Assembly: GCF_001306135.1 (NCBI RefSeq)
Contig: NZ_LGKP01000040.1
Location: 216,726-280,725, forward strand
DNA from: Herpetosiphon geysericola
Lineage (GTDB): Bacteria > Chloroflexota > Chloroflexia > Chloroflexales > Herpetosiphonaceae
Direction: 5' to 3'
DNA length: 64,000 nucleotides
This document shows positions 1 through 10,329 of this stretch, in pieces; positions within the stretch are counted from its first letter, which is position 1, and each line of letters opens with the position of its first letter. Below the pieces are notes generated by a model. It did no database searches. It was not told the origin of the DNA and saw only the letters and a program-made list of their open reading frames with translations. A program made the position numbers and the translations under genes.

Positions 1-11
1 CTGAAAACAAC

Positions 12-1682
12 TTGCACAAAATCATCCTTGATGATCCATTCAACAACCAAAATGCTGATCCTATTCTGTTTGGACGGGGTGGCACTGGCTTGAGCGCCGA
101 GAACACCCTGCGCGCTGGCGATAGCATCACTGGGTTGCAAGGCGTTATGACCTACACCTGGGGTGGCGCAACTGCAAGCCCCAATAGCTACCGCGTGCGG
201 GTCAGCCAATCACCAAATTTCGTTGCTGAAAACCCACGTCCAACCTCGCTTGCGCTTGATGGCTCATTGCGCGTGGCTGGGGTTAACGTGTTGAACTACT
301 TCAACACCTTTGGCACAAACGCTTGTACTGGCGGGGTTGGTGGCGCTGCTACCGATTGCCGTGGGGCTGAAAACGCCACCGAATTCACACGCCAAAGAGA
401 CAAAACGATTGCCGCAATCATTATGACCCAAGCCGACGTTATTGGCTTGATGGAAATTGAAAACGACGGCTTCGGCAGCACCAGCGCCATCCAAGATTTG
501 GTTAATGGCTTGAACGCTGCCACAGCTCCAGGCACGTATGCCTTGGTCAATGTCGATGCTTTGACCGGCCAAACCAATCCATTGGGTACCGATGCAATCA
601 AAGTTGCCTTGCTTTACAAACCAGGCAAAGTAAGTTTGACTGGCACAACCGCCGTGCTCAACACTGGCGCATTCGGTGAATTCAACACTGGCAGCGGCCC
701 AACTGGCCGTAACCGCCCAGCGTTGACCCAATCGTTCACCGAAACCAGCAGCGGCGAAACCTTCACCGTCGTGGTCAACCACTTGAAGTCGAAGGGTAGC
801 GCGTGTACCGATAACATTAGCCCAGTGCCAAGCGACCCAGATTTGGGCGATGGCCAAGGCAACTGTAACCTGACCCGCAAAACCGCCGCGCAAGAGTTGG
901 TCACCTGGTTGAACACCGACCCAACCAACGTTGATGATAGCGATTATTTGATCATTGGCGACTTAAACTCATACGCCATGGAAGATCCAATTACCGTTAT
1001 TCGCAATGCTGGCTATGTCAACGTGCCAAAAGCCTTGCTTGGCGACGAAGCCTACTCATACATTTTCGACGGCCAAACTGGCTCGCTCGACCATGCCTTG
1101 GCAAGCAATTCGTTGTTCGGCCAAGTTGCCGATGTGCAAGAGTTGCACATCAACGCCGACGAACCAATTGCCTTAGATTACAACACCAACTTCAAGAGCG
1201 CCAGCCAAATCGTCAGCTTGTATAGCAACAACGCCTACCGCGCGTCAGACCACGACCCAATCGTGGTTGGCTTGAACTTGGGTGCAGCTCCAACTGCCAA
1301 CTTCGGCACCTCAACCAAGACGGTCAGCGACACCAGCGTCGAACAAGGCGAAGTCTTCACCTACACCTTGACGATTCGCAACACTGGTGCAGCAGAAGGC
1401 AGCTTCAGCTTGAGCGACGTGATCAATAGCAATTTGCAAATTGTGAGCGTCAGTGCTGGCTTGACCACCAGTGGTCAAACCGTCAGCACCAACAGCAGCT
1501 TGGCTCCAAATTCTATCAAAACCTACACGATTGCAGTGCGCAGTGTTGGTAACTTCGTTGGAACGGTCAGCAACACCGCTGTGCTCAATAGCGATATTGA
1601 CTTGACTGCCGATGATGTGACGATTACCGCAACCTCAAACCCAAGCTTTACGGTCTACTTGCCATTCGTGAACAAAAACTAA
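12..1682 (+). CDS. Secreted nuclease of the endonuclease/exonuclease/phosphatase fold (ExeM/NucH-like) with a C-terminal DUF11-type repeat; probably 5'-truncated by the window edge
   Basis: 556-aa ORF with EEP-fold-like motifs (NHLKSKG, SDHDPIV) and a C-terminal TYTLTIRNTGAAEG DUF11-like repeat. The reading frame is open up to position 1. Confidence 0.55.
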   Translation: MHKIILDDPFNNQNADPILFGRGGTGLSAENTLRAGDSITGLQGVMTYTWGGATASPNSYRVRVSQSPNFVAENPRPTSLALDGSLRVAGVNVLNYFNTFGTNACTGGVGGAATDCRGAENATEFTRQRDKTIAAIIMTQADVIGLMEIENDGFGSTSAIQDLVNGLNAATAPGTYALVNVDALTGQTNPLGTDAIKVALLYKPGKVSLTGTTAVLNTGAFGEFNTGSGPTGRNRPALTQSFTETSSGETFTVVVNHLKSKGSACTDNISPVPSDPDLGDGQGNCNLTRKTAAQELVTWLNTDPTNVDDSDYLIIGDLNSYAMEDPITVIRNAGYVNVPKALLGDEAYSYIFDGQTGSLDHALASNSLFGQVADVQELHINADEPIALDYNTNFKSASQIVSLYSNNAYRASDHDPIVVGLNLGAAPTANFGTSTKTVSDTSVEQGEVFTYTLTIRNTGAAEGSFSLSDVINSNLQIVSVSAGLTTSGQTVSTNSSLAPNSIKTYTIAVRSVGNFVGTVSNTAVLNSDIDLTADDVTITATSNPSFTVYLPFVNKN

Positions 1683-1697
1683 TTTGGCCTGAGACCA

Positions 1698-1736
1698 AGC
1701 GCCCAGCACCAATTGCGGTGTTGGGCGCTTTTTTGC
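1698..1736 (+). terminator. Rho-independent terminator after the nuclease gene
   Basis: Stem agcgcccagcacc / ggtgttgggcgct (one mismatch), loop aattgc, followed by tttttt. Confidence 0.7.
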
Positions 1737-1801
1737 TTAATCAGCCCAAAGCCTCTAGCCAACCAGAGGGTAGTTTTTATCATAAGCCCGATTGAAACAG
1801 C

Positions 1802-2284
1802 TTGGATGAGAAGCCAGTCATGGAGTATGTAGATCGTAGCGATTCAATCAGCGAATATCTCAATCGCTGTTCATTCCACGATACCATCACAATCACGAAT
1901 CGATTAACTGCCGATGGCGATCGAATTATCACTATCCTCAACAATCACAGCATCGCAATTGAGATTTATTTGGCAAAATCAAATTATTGCCTGATTAATG
2001 CAGGGTTGGGGTTCAATGTTAATGATGTGTATTGGCCCAATTTCCCAGCAATTGCAGTGCTTGAATATTTGATTAACGGTAACCTGCGCGAAAAACTGCG
2101 CATGCTTGGCTCACGCTGCGTTGGCGTGAGCAGCAATGTGCTGATCAACAATGAAGAAATCTATAGCAATCGCACCAGATGCTTGCTTGGCGAAGCGCTG
2201 CATCTGGTCACAAAAACAACCAGCTATGTTCAGTATCCAAGCCTAGTCGATTCAAAAGCAAGTAATAATCAAGCATTGGCCTAA
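1802..2284 (+). CDS. Hypothetical protein in a low-GC islet
   Basis: 160-aa ORF that is visibly more AT-rich than its neighbours. I recognise no domain. Confidence 0.35.
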   Translation: MDEKPVMEYVDRSDSISEYLNRCSFHDTITITNRLTADGDRIITILNNHSIAIEIYLAKSNYCLINAGLGFNVNDVYWPNFPAIAVLEYLINGNLREKLRMLGSRCVGVSSNVLINNEEIYSNRTRCLLGEALHLVTKTTSYVQYPSLVDSKASNNQALA

Positions 2285-2372
2285 AGATCCAATAGGCCAA
2301 ATTGGGGCTTGCATCAGCAAAACCAACCTTGTAAGCTACCAGCACCACATTCAACCACATTGGGAGCGAGAG

Positions 2373-3464
2373 ATGCTTGTTTTTTGGCATACCTATCAAC
2401 AGCTCAAACGAGTGAGTTGCCTATTCGTTTTAGGTTTGGGCTTGGTAGCATGCGCCATTCCAGGCAATTATTCCTCGGATAATCCACCGACCAGCCCACC
2501 AGCCGAATTGCAAATCGAAGCAGGCTTTACGATTAGCCCACTGATTACTGGCCTCGATCAGCCAACGGGGCTAGCCTTTGATCCCCAAGGGCGTCTGTAC
2601 ATTGCGCAACGATCAGGCAGCGTCCTGATCAAAGAGGGCGCTGATCCGCCGCGTGAGTATGCGACAGGCTTCAATAAACCGCTAAGTTTGCACTGGTTTG
2701 AGCAAGCTTTATATGTGGTTGAGCAAGGCCAAATTCAGCGCTTGAGCGATAACAATGGCGATGGAATAGTCGATCAGCAAACGATTTTATTAAGCGATCT
2801 GCCTGATCAGATTGAAGCAGCAACCCTTGTCTCCGATGCCCAAGGCTGGCTCTACCTTGGGGTTGGCACTCAAGCAGATCACACTGCAACCGCTGGAATT
2901 CAAGAGGGCTATATTCGACGTTTTCGAGCCGATGGCAGCGAAACCAGCGTTTATGCAACTGGTTTGCGCATGCCGTTTGGCTTGGCGTTCAATGCCCAAC
3001 AGCAGTTGTATGCAACCGACAACGGACGCGAAGGCTTAGGCGATGATCTGCCGCCAGATGAGGTTAATCGGATTGAGGCGGGAGCCAATTATGGTTGGCC
3101 AGCATGTTGGGGCCAGCGCCAGCCGGATGCCGATGGCGGCGGAGATCAAGCAGTTTGTGCAACCACCAGCGAGCCAGTGGCCTTGTTGCCAGCCCATAGC
3201 GGCGTAACCGGAATTGTCTTCTATCAAGGCACAACGTTTCCTGCCAGCTATCACGGTGATGGATTTATTGGTTTATCAGGTTCGTGGTATAGCCAAGAAT
3301 TGCGCGGCCATAGCATTGTGCGCCTGAATGCAGAAGACCAGCGCATTGTGCCATTTGCCAGTGGCTTTGCGCGGCCCGTTGGCTTAGTTATTAGCCCGCA
3401 AGGCGAGTTGCTGGTGGCAGATTATGACCGTGGCATGATCGTTATGATTGCAGCCAAACCCTAA
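2373..3464 (+). CDS. PQQ-dependent soluble sugar dehydrogenase (glucose/sorbosone dehydrogenase, SGL beta-propeller), predicted lipoprotein
   Basis: N-terminal signal with a lipobox-like LVAC. Beta-propeller family motifs (LAFDPQGRLY, ATDNGRE, ANYGWP). Confidence 0.6.
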   Translation: MLVFWHTYQQLKRVSCLFVLGLGLVACAIPGNYSSDNPPTSPPAELQIEAGFTISPLITGLDQPTGLAFDPQGRLYIAQRSGSVLIKEGADPPREYATGFNKPLSLHWFEQALYVVEQGQIQRLSDNNGDGIVDQQTILLSDLPDQIEAATLVSDAQGWLYLGVGTQADHTATAGIQEGYIRRFRADGSETSVYATGLRMPFGLAFNAQQQLYATDNGREGLGDDLPPDEVNRIEAGANYGWPACWGQRQPDADGGGDQAVCATTSEPVALLPAHSGVTGIVFYQGTTFPASYHGDGFIGLSGSWYSQELRGHSIVRLNAEDQRIVPFASGFARPVGLVISPQGELLVADYDRGMIVMIAAKP

Positions 3465-3476
3465 ACACAGAGAAAG

Positions 3477-3968
3477 TTGCCGAATATGCCTCAATTTATC
3501 AGCATTGCATGTGGTGTTACCCCGTGGGCCTTCGCGATCCAGCCAACTACTATTTGGTTATGGAGCGGAACGATCGTCGCGACAACCGTTTGGGCCAAAG
3601 CGATGGGATTAATCTACTACGATTGGTTTGCTGATCGCTCAGCATGGCGCGATAGCTTACGATTAATGGTTGGAAGCCTGCTCGTACTTGGGTTAAACTT
3701 TACTATTTTTCGCTCGTCGACCGCAATTTATAGCAGCGTCGTTAGCCTCATCGGCGTGGATTATGCCAACTTGAAGTGGCTTATCCACCAACGCAAGGCC
3801 AAAGCAATTACTCATGATTCGCTAGGCCAGCTTAAGGTCGTTGAGCATCAGCCCATGCTCTATCAAGCGCTCAGCAAAATAGTGATCATGATTAATCTGT
3901 TTGCGCTGATTGCGGCAATAATTGGAACATTCCTTTTATTATTTTTCATGTCGTTCTTTGCTCGTTAA
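3477..3968 (+). CDS. Small polytopic membrane protein, paralogue 1 of a tandem triplet
   Basis: 163 aa with 4 predicted TM segments. Shares an N-terminal ...ACGV... motif and a C-terminal Q-L-(K/Q)-V-(V/A/E) motif with the next two ORFs. Confidence 0.5.
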   Translation: MPNMPQFISIACGVTPWAFAIQPTTIWLWSGTIVATTVWAKAMGLIYYDWFADRSAWRDSLRLMVGSLLVLGLNFTIFRSSTAIYSSVVSLIGVDYANLKWLIHQRKAKAITHDSLGQLKVVEHQPMLYQALSKIVIMINLFALIAAIIGTFLLLFFMSFFAR

Positions 3969-3990
3969 TGATTGAGAAGATGGAGAACCG

Positions 3991-4473
3991 ATGCAACAAC
4001 TTATCCTTGCTTGTGGAGTAAATCCATTGGCCCCAATTATTCTAATCTTTGGGACAGCAATGCTGCTATTTATCAGTAATATGACAATTAAATATTTCTT
4101 GCTTGCAAAAACACATCGTTCAAAACGTCGTTCATTAATAATCGATAGTTTGAGCTTGACTTTTATTGAAGGCTTTGTAATCGGCTTGGTTATTCTATCT
4201 GCGACACTTTTACCGAATGTTGTATTTATGACGGAAATTGGATTTTTATTTTCCTATCAAATCATTATTTGGGCACTGTTTTGCATCGTCGATACATTTT
4301 TTATCAAACGTTGGTCAATTCAAACCAAATTTCAAGCGATTAGGCTAGACGACAGTCAACAATTACAGGTTGCGCCAGCACAGCGCACTTATCTACCACC
4401 ATGGGTTGTAGCATTCATATCAAATACATTAATCCTTGGCTTAATTGGCTTATTGTTTTGGATAGTCAATTAG
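3991..4473 (+). CDS. Small polytopic membrane protein, paralogue 2 (low GC)
   Basis: 160 aa. Starts MQQLILACGVNPL and has the DDSQQLQVAPAQ motif. Codon usage is much more AT-rich than paralogue 3. Confidence 0.5.
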   Translation: MQQLILACGVNPLAPIILIFGTAMLLFISNMTIKYFLLAKTHRSKRRSLIIDSLSLTFIEGFVIGLVILSATLLPNVVFMTEIGFLFSYQIIIWALFCIVDTFFIKRWSIQTKFQAIRLDDSQQLQVAPAQRTYLPPWVVAFISNTLILGLIGLLFWIVN

Positions 4474-4492
4474 TTTATAACGCGGAGCAGCA

Positions 4493-4984
4493 ATGCAACA
4501 AGTAATCCTTGCTTGTGGCTATGGTTTATGGCCTCAATCATTTGGCTGGCTCTATTGGTTTATCGGTTTTTGGCTAACGATAGCGCTTGTTATCGTGGTG
4601 AAAGCGTGGGTCTTCCCGCGCAACCAATGGATTCAGCGGCGTGCGCCCATGCTTAAAAGTTTTTTGCTTTTTATGTCGGGGACGAGTGTGAGCATGCTTG
4701 TGTTAAGCGGCATCTATTTTCTTGCCCCAGCCATGTTCAGCAATCGACTTGGATTCGTCCCCACCTATCAACTGGTGTTGCTTGGGGCAATCTGTATTCA
4801 CGATACGCTGATCGTGAACTATTGGCTCAAACAAGGCTATGCCCAAACCATCGGAGTTGATCCAAATCAGCAACTTCAGGTCGAGCCAGCCCAAAGCCAT
4901 TGGTATCAACCGATCGTGCTTGGATTCGGCACTAATCTCATGCTCTTTCTGGTTATTCAGGCATTACTAAGCCTTGCTGGCTAA
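4493..4984 (+). CDS. Small polytopic membrane protein, paralogue 3
   Basis: 163 aa. Starts MQQVILACGYGLW and has the DPNQQLQVEPAQ motif, closely parallel to paralogue 2. Confidence 0.5.
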   Translation: MQQVILACGYGLWPQSFGWLYWFIGFWLTIALVIVVKAWVFPRNQWIQRRAPMLKSFLLFMSGTSVSMLVLSGIYFLAPAMFSNRLGFVPTYQLVLLGAICIHDTLIVNYWLKQGYAQTIGVDPNQQLQVEPAQSHWYQPIVLGFGTNLMLFLVIQALLSLAG

Positions 4985-5010
4985 TGCCATTTTTAGCATA
5001 GAGCAAACGG

Positions 5011-5748
5011 TTGTTGATTATGACTCTACTGAATAATGCACTTGTAGCCTCAATTGAACCAGATGAGTACGACCCTTGGCTTAGCCTGCACTATCAAACG
5101 CCACAGCAGCAAATCATGCTCTATCGCGGCTCAATCTATCACACTGGCCTATTTGATGACGATCAAACTGAATGTTGCTTAGATTTCAATTTTGGCCATA
5201 GCGACCTGATTCGACCCTATCGCCTCAGGCGGTTTGCAGAATGGCTTATTTTTGTGCCCATGATTGATAACGCTCCTGAGCTTGACAATGTTTGGGCGTA
5301 TCACGCCCAGTTTGGGCAAGGGTTGCTGATTCCCCAACATAACTGGGATGCTGTTTGGCAAGCAGCCGGATTTGCTGTGCGCAGCGTGACAAGCATTCCT
5401 ATCGCCACCAGCGCAGATCTGCAATTGCTTTGGTTGCTGACAAGCCAATTTAAACAAGCTTCACTAGCCATGACGAGGCTAAAAACCTATATCAAGGCAC
5501 TTCAGCAGGCGATTCTTGCAGAGGAGCCAAACCATCAGCCGTCGATTAAACAGCTGCTGCAAGCAATGCTTGATCAGCAACTGTTGCTTGAGCCAATTCC
5601 AACTCCGCGTCTAGCAGCAGGCCTGCCGATTACGGCCTACTGGATTGACCACCAGCAACAGATTCAGGAGTGGCCAGCCCTTATCGTCCAGCAACAGCAG
5701 CCTTACCTGCTACTTTTTGGCACCCTGGTTAAAATCCTCGAAGCCTAA
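5011..5748 (+). CDS. Hypothetical protein
   Basis: 245-aa ORF with no recognisable domain. Gln-rich C-terminus. Confidence 0.4.
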   Translation: MLIMTLLNNALVASIEPDEYDPWLSLHYQTPQQQIMLYRGSIYHTGLFDDDQTECCLDFNFGHSDLIRPYRLRRFAEWLIFVPMIDNAPELDNVWAYHAQFGQGLLIPQHNWDAVWQAAGFAVRSVTSIPIATSADLQLLWLLTSQFKQASLAMTRLKTYIKALQQAILAEEPNHQPSIKQLLQAMLDQQLLLEPIPTPRLAAGLPITAYWIDHQQQIQEWPALIVQQQQPYLLLFGTLVKILEA

Positions 5749-5869
5749 ATTATGGGCAGTTTGCAGGCAAAAACTGATATCTTGCTGAAAATGCTGAGAG
5801 TTACTTGAAAAAGGGAACACAATTGGCCTCGTATCCGTTATGATAAGACAGCCGAAACGATTTTAGTGT

Positions 5870-8197
5870 GTGGAGTATTTGGGTATGCGCTGGATACGCT
5901 GGTGTTGGCTGCTGTTGCTGATAGCCCTACCGATCAGTGCAGCATCGGGCCAAGAACAATCAAATAATGGGCTAATTTGGCAAGTCGAGCCAGTGTTTGG
6001 CACCATCTATCGCCCTGGCGAGTGGATGGCCTTGCGGGTCAAGGTGAGCAATACTGGCGTTGATCGCACGGTTGAAATTCACGTTGGCAACTACAATGTT
6101 GAGCTTGATGTGCCTGGCGGTAGTCAAAAAGAAACCTTGTTGTATGGCCAGTTTGATCAAGCGTTTCGGGTGCCAATGGCGCTCTATTTAAATGGCGAAA
6201 AACGCGAAACCGCCACGCTTCAGTTGCGCTCAACCGATCGCCCGATGGTCGCAACCTTGTTGGAACAACCGCTGCCCCAATTGACCAAGGTGGTGTTGGT
6301 TGCAACTGACAGCAAGCAACTGCCAAACTCGGCGATTGGCCTCGATATGCTCAACGGCATTGCGCTCAATCAGCGGTCGTGGGGCGAGCTATCGCCAGAA
6401 CAACAGCAAGCAATTAAACAATGGGTCAATAATGGCGGGATGTTGTTGGTTGAGCCTAATCTGCTTGAAGATTTGCCAGCCGACCTTCAGCCAGCCCAAG
6501 TTGCAGGCGCGCAAGCGATTGCCACCACAACCTTGAGCCAAGTATTTCTTCAACCGTTCAATGAAGCAAGCTTGGATATTGCCCTGCTTCAGCCAAATAA
6601 TCAATCGGCTACAAGTTTGAAGCAAGATCAAACACCGATTTTTGTTAAACGCCCAGTTGGCAAAGGCTTTGTGATTGCTAGTGCGTTTACGCTAGATCAG
6701 CAGGAAATCGTCGCTTGGCGTGGCTATGAAAATATGCTGGTTTCGCTCTTTCCCCAAGAACAAAATACTGGCTGGATGGGGCCTGGCAGCAGCGAAAATA
6801 TGATCCGCGATACGAATGCCCCAGCCTTGCTCAACAACTTACCAGCGCTTGACCTGCCACCCCTCAAAACCTTGTTAATTCTCTTAGGGATTTACATTGT
6901 GTTGGCAGGGCCAGTAACCTACCTTGTGCTGCGGCGGCTTGATCGCATGGCCTTGGCATGGCTGACAATTCCTGCATTAACGTTGATTTTTGCTGTGCTG
7001 GCTTATGGAATTGGCTCAAAACAACGGGGTACCGATATTTTGGTCCATGATGTGGCCTTAATCTACCCCGATGCTGATGCCAATGCGACTGTGCTTGGTT
7101 ATGCAGGGATTTTCTCGCCTGTTCGCGACGAATATCAGGTAACAATCAAAAACGGAGCCTATCCACGGCCACTCTTGGTCAACCCCAATATGGGCGGCAA
7201 TAATGGCGGGGTCAATGCAACGCGAGCGCTCTATAGCCATCAACCAGGCGATATTCGCAACCTGACGATCAATCAATGGTCGATGGAAATGTTTGCCTAC
7301 GAACAAAGCATCAGTGATGCGCCACATGTGCAAATCGAAATCAGTATGAAAGAAAAGAACATCATTGGCACCGTGCGCAATACCAGCAAATATACGCTCA
7401 ACGAAGCAGCATTTATTATGTTAGGCAACGCCCAAAAGTTTGGCACAATCGAGCCAGGCGCTGAAAAATCGATTGAATTGCAAATTAACAATAATCCTTC
7501 AATGTCGGGCGCAAGCTATTTGCTGTTTCAAAAAGAGCTTGATGCTGGCTACCAAACGCCATCCGGCCCACCACGCGACCTGTTGGCCAAAACCCAAGCG
7601 CTTGATATTGCCCTGCCCAACATTTATAGCTCGGTTGATCGCAACGCCGTGTTTGTAGCGTTCGTCGATTTCAATCAATCGGTGATCGATTTGCCGGAAA
7701 AACGCTTTGCAGCAACCCAACGTAGCCTGTTAGTACAATACCCACAATTAAGCTATAGCCAAAATGTGGTTGAACTCACCAACAATTGGTTCAGCTATAC
7801 CATGGAAGAAGATCCCAATATGGGCATGGGTTCGGTGTGTACTACCAGCGCACGCGGCACAGGCACAAGCATTTCGCAAAAAACTGGAATCATCCAACTT
7901 AACTTACCAGCAACGCTTAGTTCAATCGAAGCTCAATCGCTGCGCTTTTTGCCAACGATCGATGGTGGCATGGTCGCGCCCAACAAAGTTAACTACGAAC
8001 TTTATAATTGGGTTAATGGGCAATGGGATGGGCTAAGCTTCAAAAATGGCGCGCTTGATCTTACCACCAACCCAAGCGATTATTTACAACAAGGCAGTTT
8101 GCGGATGCGCTACAGCATCGATCCATCGATCGACACCACAGCTGGCTTGTGGGGCTGTTTCTCGGTTGGGCCTGTACTGACGGGGGTGGTCAAATGA
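5870..8197 (+). CDS. Large extracytoplasmic protein with signal peptide and one central TM helix; probable accessory partner of the downstream ABC-2 transporter
   Basis: 775 aa. N-terminal signal (LLLLIALPISAASG) and a central hydrophobic helix. Its stop overlaps the ABC ATPase start (ATGA). The true start may be the Met at about 5885. Confidence 0.5.
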   Translation: MEYLGMRWIRWCWLLLLIALPISAASGQEQSNNGLIWQVEPVFGTIYRPGEWMALRVKVSNTGVDRTVEIHVGNYNVELDVPGGSQKETLLYGQFDQAFRVPMALYLNGEKRETATLQLRSTDRPMVATLLEQPLPQLTKVVLVATDSKQLPNSAIGLDMLNGIALNQRSWGELSPEQQQAIKQWVNNGGMLLVEPNLLEDLPADLQPAQVAGAQAIATTTLSQVFLQPFNEASLDIALLQPNNQSATSLKQDQTPIFVKRPVGKGFVIASAFTLDQQEIVAWRGYENMLVSLFPQEQNTGWMGPGSSENMIRDTNAPALLNNLPALDLPPLKTLLILLGIYIVLAGPVTYLVLRRLDRMALAWLTIPALTLIFAVLAYGIGSKQRGTDILVHDVALIYPDADANATVLGYAGIFSPVRDEYQVTIKNGAYPRPLLVNPNMGGNNGGVNATRALYSHQPGDIRNLTINQWSMEMFAYEQSISDAPHVQIEISMKEKNIIGTVRNTSKYTLNEAAFIMLGNAQKFGTIEPGAEKSIELQINNNPSMSGASYLLFQKELDAGYQTPSGPPRDLLAKTQALDIALPNIYSSVDRNAVFVAFVDFNQSVIDLPEKRFAATQRSLLVQYPQLSYSQNVVELTNNWFSYTMEEDPNMGMGSVCTTSARGTGTSISQKTGIIQLNLPATLSSIEAQSLRFLPTIDGGMVAPNKVNYELYNWVNGQWDGLSFKNGALDLTTNPSDYLQQGSLRMRYSIDPSIDTTAGLWGCFSVGPVLTGVVK

Positions 8198-9147
8198 GCG
8201 AATTAGCGATTCAAACTGTTGATTTACTGCGCCGCTATGGCAAATATACCGCCGTCAACAACCTTAATTTAAGCATCACGCCTGGCAGTATTTTTGGTTT
8301 TCTCGGCCCAAACGGCGCTGGCAAAACTACAACCTTGCGTATGTTGGCAGGCTTGCTTGAGCCAAGCAGCGGCCAAGTCTTTTTGCATGGTCAGCTGATT
8401 CAAAAAACCAGCACAGCGGCGGCAATCGTTGGCTATATGCCCGATTTCTTTGGGGTTTACGACGATCTGCGGGTTTGGGAATATCTCGATTTCTATGCCC
8501 GTTGCCATGGAATTGAGCCAGCCAAACGCAAAAGCACCGTCGATGGTCTGCTCGATTTGGTTGATCTGAGCGAAAAGCGCAATGCCTTTGTGCAACACCT
8601 GAGCCGTGGGATGCAACAGCGTTTATGCTTAGCTCATGCGCTTGTCCACGACCCTAAAATTTTGTTGCTCGACGAGCCAGCCAGCGGCCTCGATCCTCAA
8701 GCGCGGGTCGAATTACGTGAGTTGCTGCGCACGCTGCGCGATATGGGCAAGACGATTATTCTTAGTTCGCATATTTTGAATGAGCTAGAAGATATTTGTA
8801 CCAATTTCGGGATTATGGCGCGTGGCCAATTGCTAGCCCAAGGCTCGCTTGAAACCTTGCGCCAACGCAGCCGCCCAGCCCTCCAAATTAAAGTGCTTGA
8901 TGATTTAGAGCGGGCGATGCGCTTGATTGGCGCTCAAGCTGGGGTGTTGCGTGTACTTGAGCCAGCAGAAGAAACGCCCAACCTAATCGAAGTAGAATTT
9001 GATGGCAATGAACAGCAAGCAGCACAGTTGCTGCTCAATTTAGCGCGTGCCGAGTTGCCAATTGCCGATTTCCATCGCGAAGACGATTCGCTCGAACGGC
9101 TCTTTTTGCAGCTTGTCAATGACCATGTTACGGAGGAACAGCGATGA
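8194..9147 (+). CDS. ABC transporter ATP-binding protein
   Basis: Walker A GPNGAGKTT, ABC signature LSRGMQQR, Walker B ILLLDEPASGLD. The start MSELAIQ overlaps the upstream stop. Confidence 0.85.
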   Translation: MSELAIQTVDLLRRYGKYTAVNNLNLSITPGSIFGFLGPNGAGKTTTLRMLAGLLEPSSGQVFLHGQLIQKTSTAAAIVGYMPDFFGVYDDLRVWEYLDFYARCHGIEPAKRKSTVDGLLDLVDLSEKRNAFVQHLSRGMQQRLCLAHALVHDPKILLLDEPASGLDPQARVELRELLRTLRDMGKTIILSSHILNELEDICTNFGIMARGQLLAQGSLETLRQRSRPALQIKVLDDLERAMRLIGAQAGVLRVLEPAEETPNLIEVEFDGNEQQAAQLLLNLARAELPIADFHREDDSLERLFLQLVNDHVTEEQR

Positions 9148-10232
9148 GCAATCGTGCGGCAAGCAGGCGTTGGCGCTTGCAACCAAACCCAATTGTGGTC
9201 AAAGAGCTGCGTTCGCGCATGCGTGGTGGCCGAGCTTTTATGTTGCTCACTGGTTTTTTGCTGGGCTTAGGCTTAGTTGGCTATGGCTTGTTTCTGCGCG
9301 CTACCACCGGCCAAAACAACGGCGCACCGATTTTTAGCGCTCAAGTTGGCCAAACCCTATTTGCAGGTTTAGCCTTTATGTTGCTGTTTTTGGTGATTCT
9401 AATTGCGCCAGCAGTAACGGTTGGAGCGATTAGCAGCGAGCGCGAACGCCTCACCTACGAAATGTTGATCGCCACCAATTTACCATCGCATCGCTTGTTG
9501 TGGGGCAAATTGATTTCAGCGCTATCGTACATTGCGCTCTTGCTTTTGGCCGCAATTCCGCTGGGCAGCATTGTCTTTTTATTTGGCGGGATCACCGTGC
9601 GCCATGTTATCCAAGCAGCAGTCATTATTGTGCTCAGTGCAATTACCAGCGCCATGCTTGGCATTTGGGCCTCGGCCATGACCGGCAAAACTGGACGAGC
9701 AGCGGTCGTTAGCTATGTGATTATTGGCTTAGTGCTTGGTGGATTTTTGTTTGGAGCAGAAATCTGGACTAATCGCAGCACCGATCCTGTTCCCACTGGG
9801 TTATTAGCACCCAACCCGATTAGCGCCTTGGCTTCGAGCCTTGGAACGTTATCAGGGCCAAATAGTAGCGGCATGGCATTTGAAGGAATCCCGAGAGCAG
9901 CTGGCGGTGGGCCTGGTTGGTGGCCAGGCAGCAACCCCTTCAGCAATGCAGGCCTCGATTTTCCTGGTTGGCAAACCTTTTCAATTGGCATTTACCCAGT
10001 AACCGATCAATTCGGGCCTGATGGCATGCCAATTATTGCCGAGCCACGTTCGGTTTGGCGCATTACACTTATCATTTTGATTATGGCATGTCTAGCCTTC
10101 TTTTGGATGGCGCTGCATGCAGTCAAACCACGCCGCCGTTGGATGCCAACCTGGGGCGATGCGGCGATGCTTTCAGTTACCTCGCTCAGCTTGCTTGGTT
10201 TGGGCTTTTGGATTGGCTGGTGGTTCCGCTAG
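9144..10232 (+). CDS. ABC-2 family transporter permease
   Basis: 362 aa with at least 6 TM helices. The start overlaps the ATPase stop (ATGA coupling). Confidence 0.7.
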   Translation: MSNRAASRRWRLQPNPIVVKELRSRMRGGRAFMLLTGFLLGLGLVGYGLFLRATTGQNNGAPIFSAQVGQTLFAGLAFMLLFLVILIAPAVTVGAISSERERLTYEMLIATNLPSHRLLWGKLISALSYIALLLLAAIPLGSIVFLFGGITVRHVIQAAVIIVLSAITSAMLGIWASAMTGKTGRAAVVSYVIIGLVLGGFLFGAEIWTNRSTDPVPTGLLAPNPISALASSLGTLSGPNSSGMAFEGIPRAAGGGPGWWPGSNPFSNAGLDFPGWQTFSIGIYPVTDQFGPDGMPIIAEPRSVWRITLIILIMACLAFFWMALHAVKPRRRWMPTWGDAAMLSVTSLSLLGLGFWIGWWFR

Positions 10233-10329
10233 GTTAGGTTCAGCATCAATCCATAGCTCCTAAAACACGATTAAACACCAACCCCGCGCCAATTGGCGCG
10301 GGGTTGATGCATTGGAAGAAAAGACCAGG

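Noticed and set aside
264-928. Three minus-strand ORFs (209, 101 and 104 aa) inside the nuclease gene
   Set aside because: They are antisense to a long, domain-supported plus-strand CDS and have no motifs of their own.
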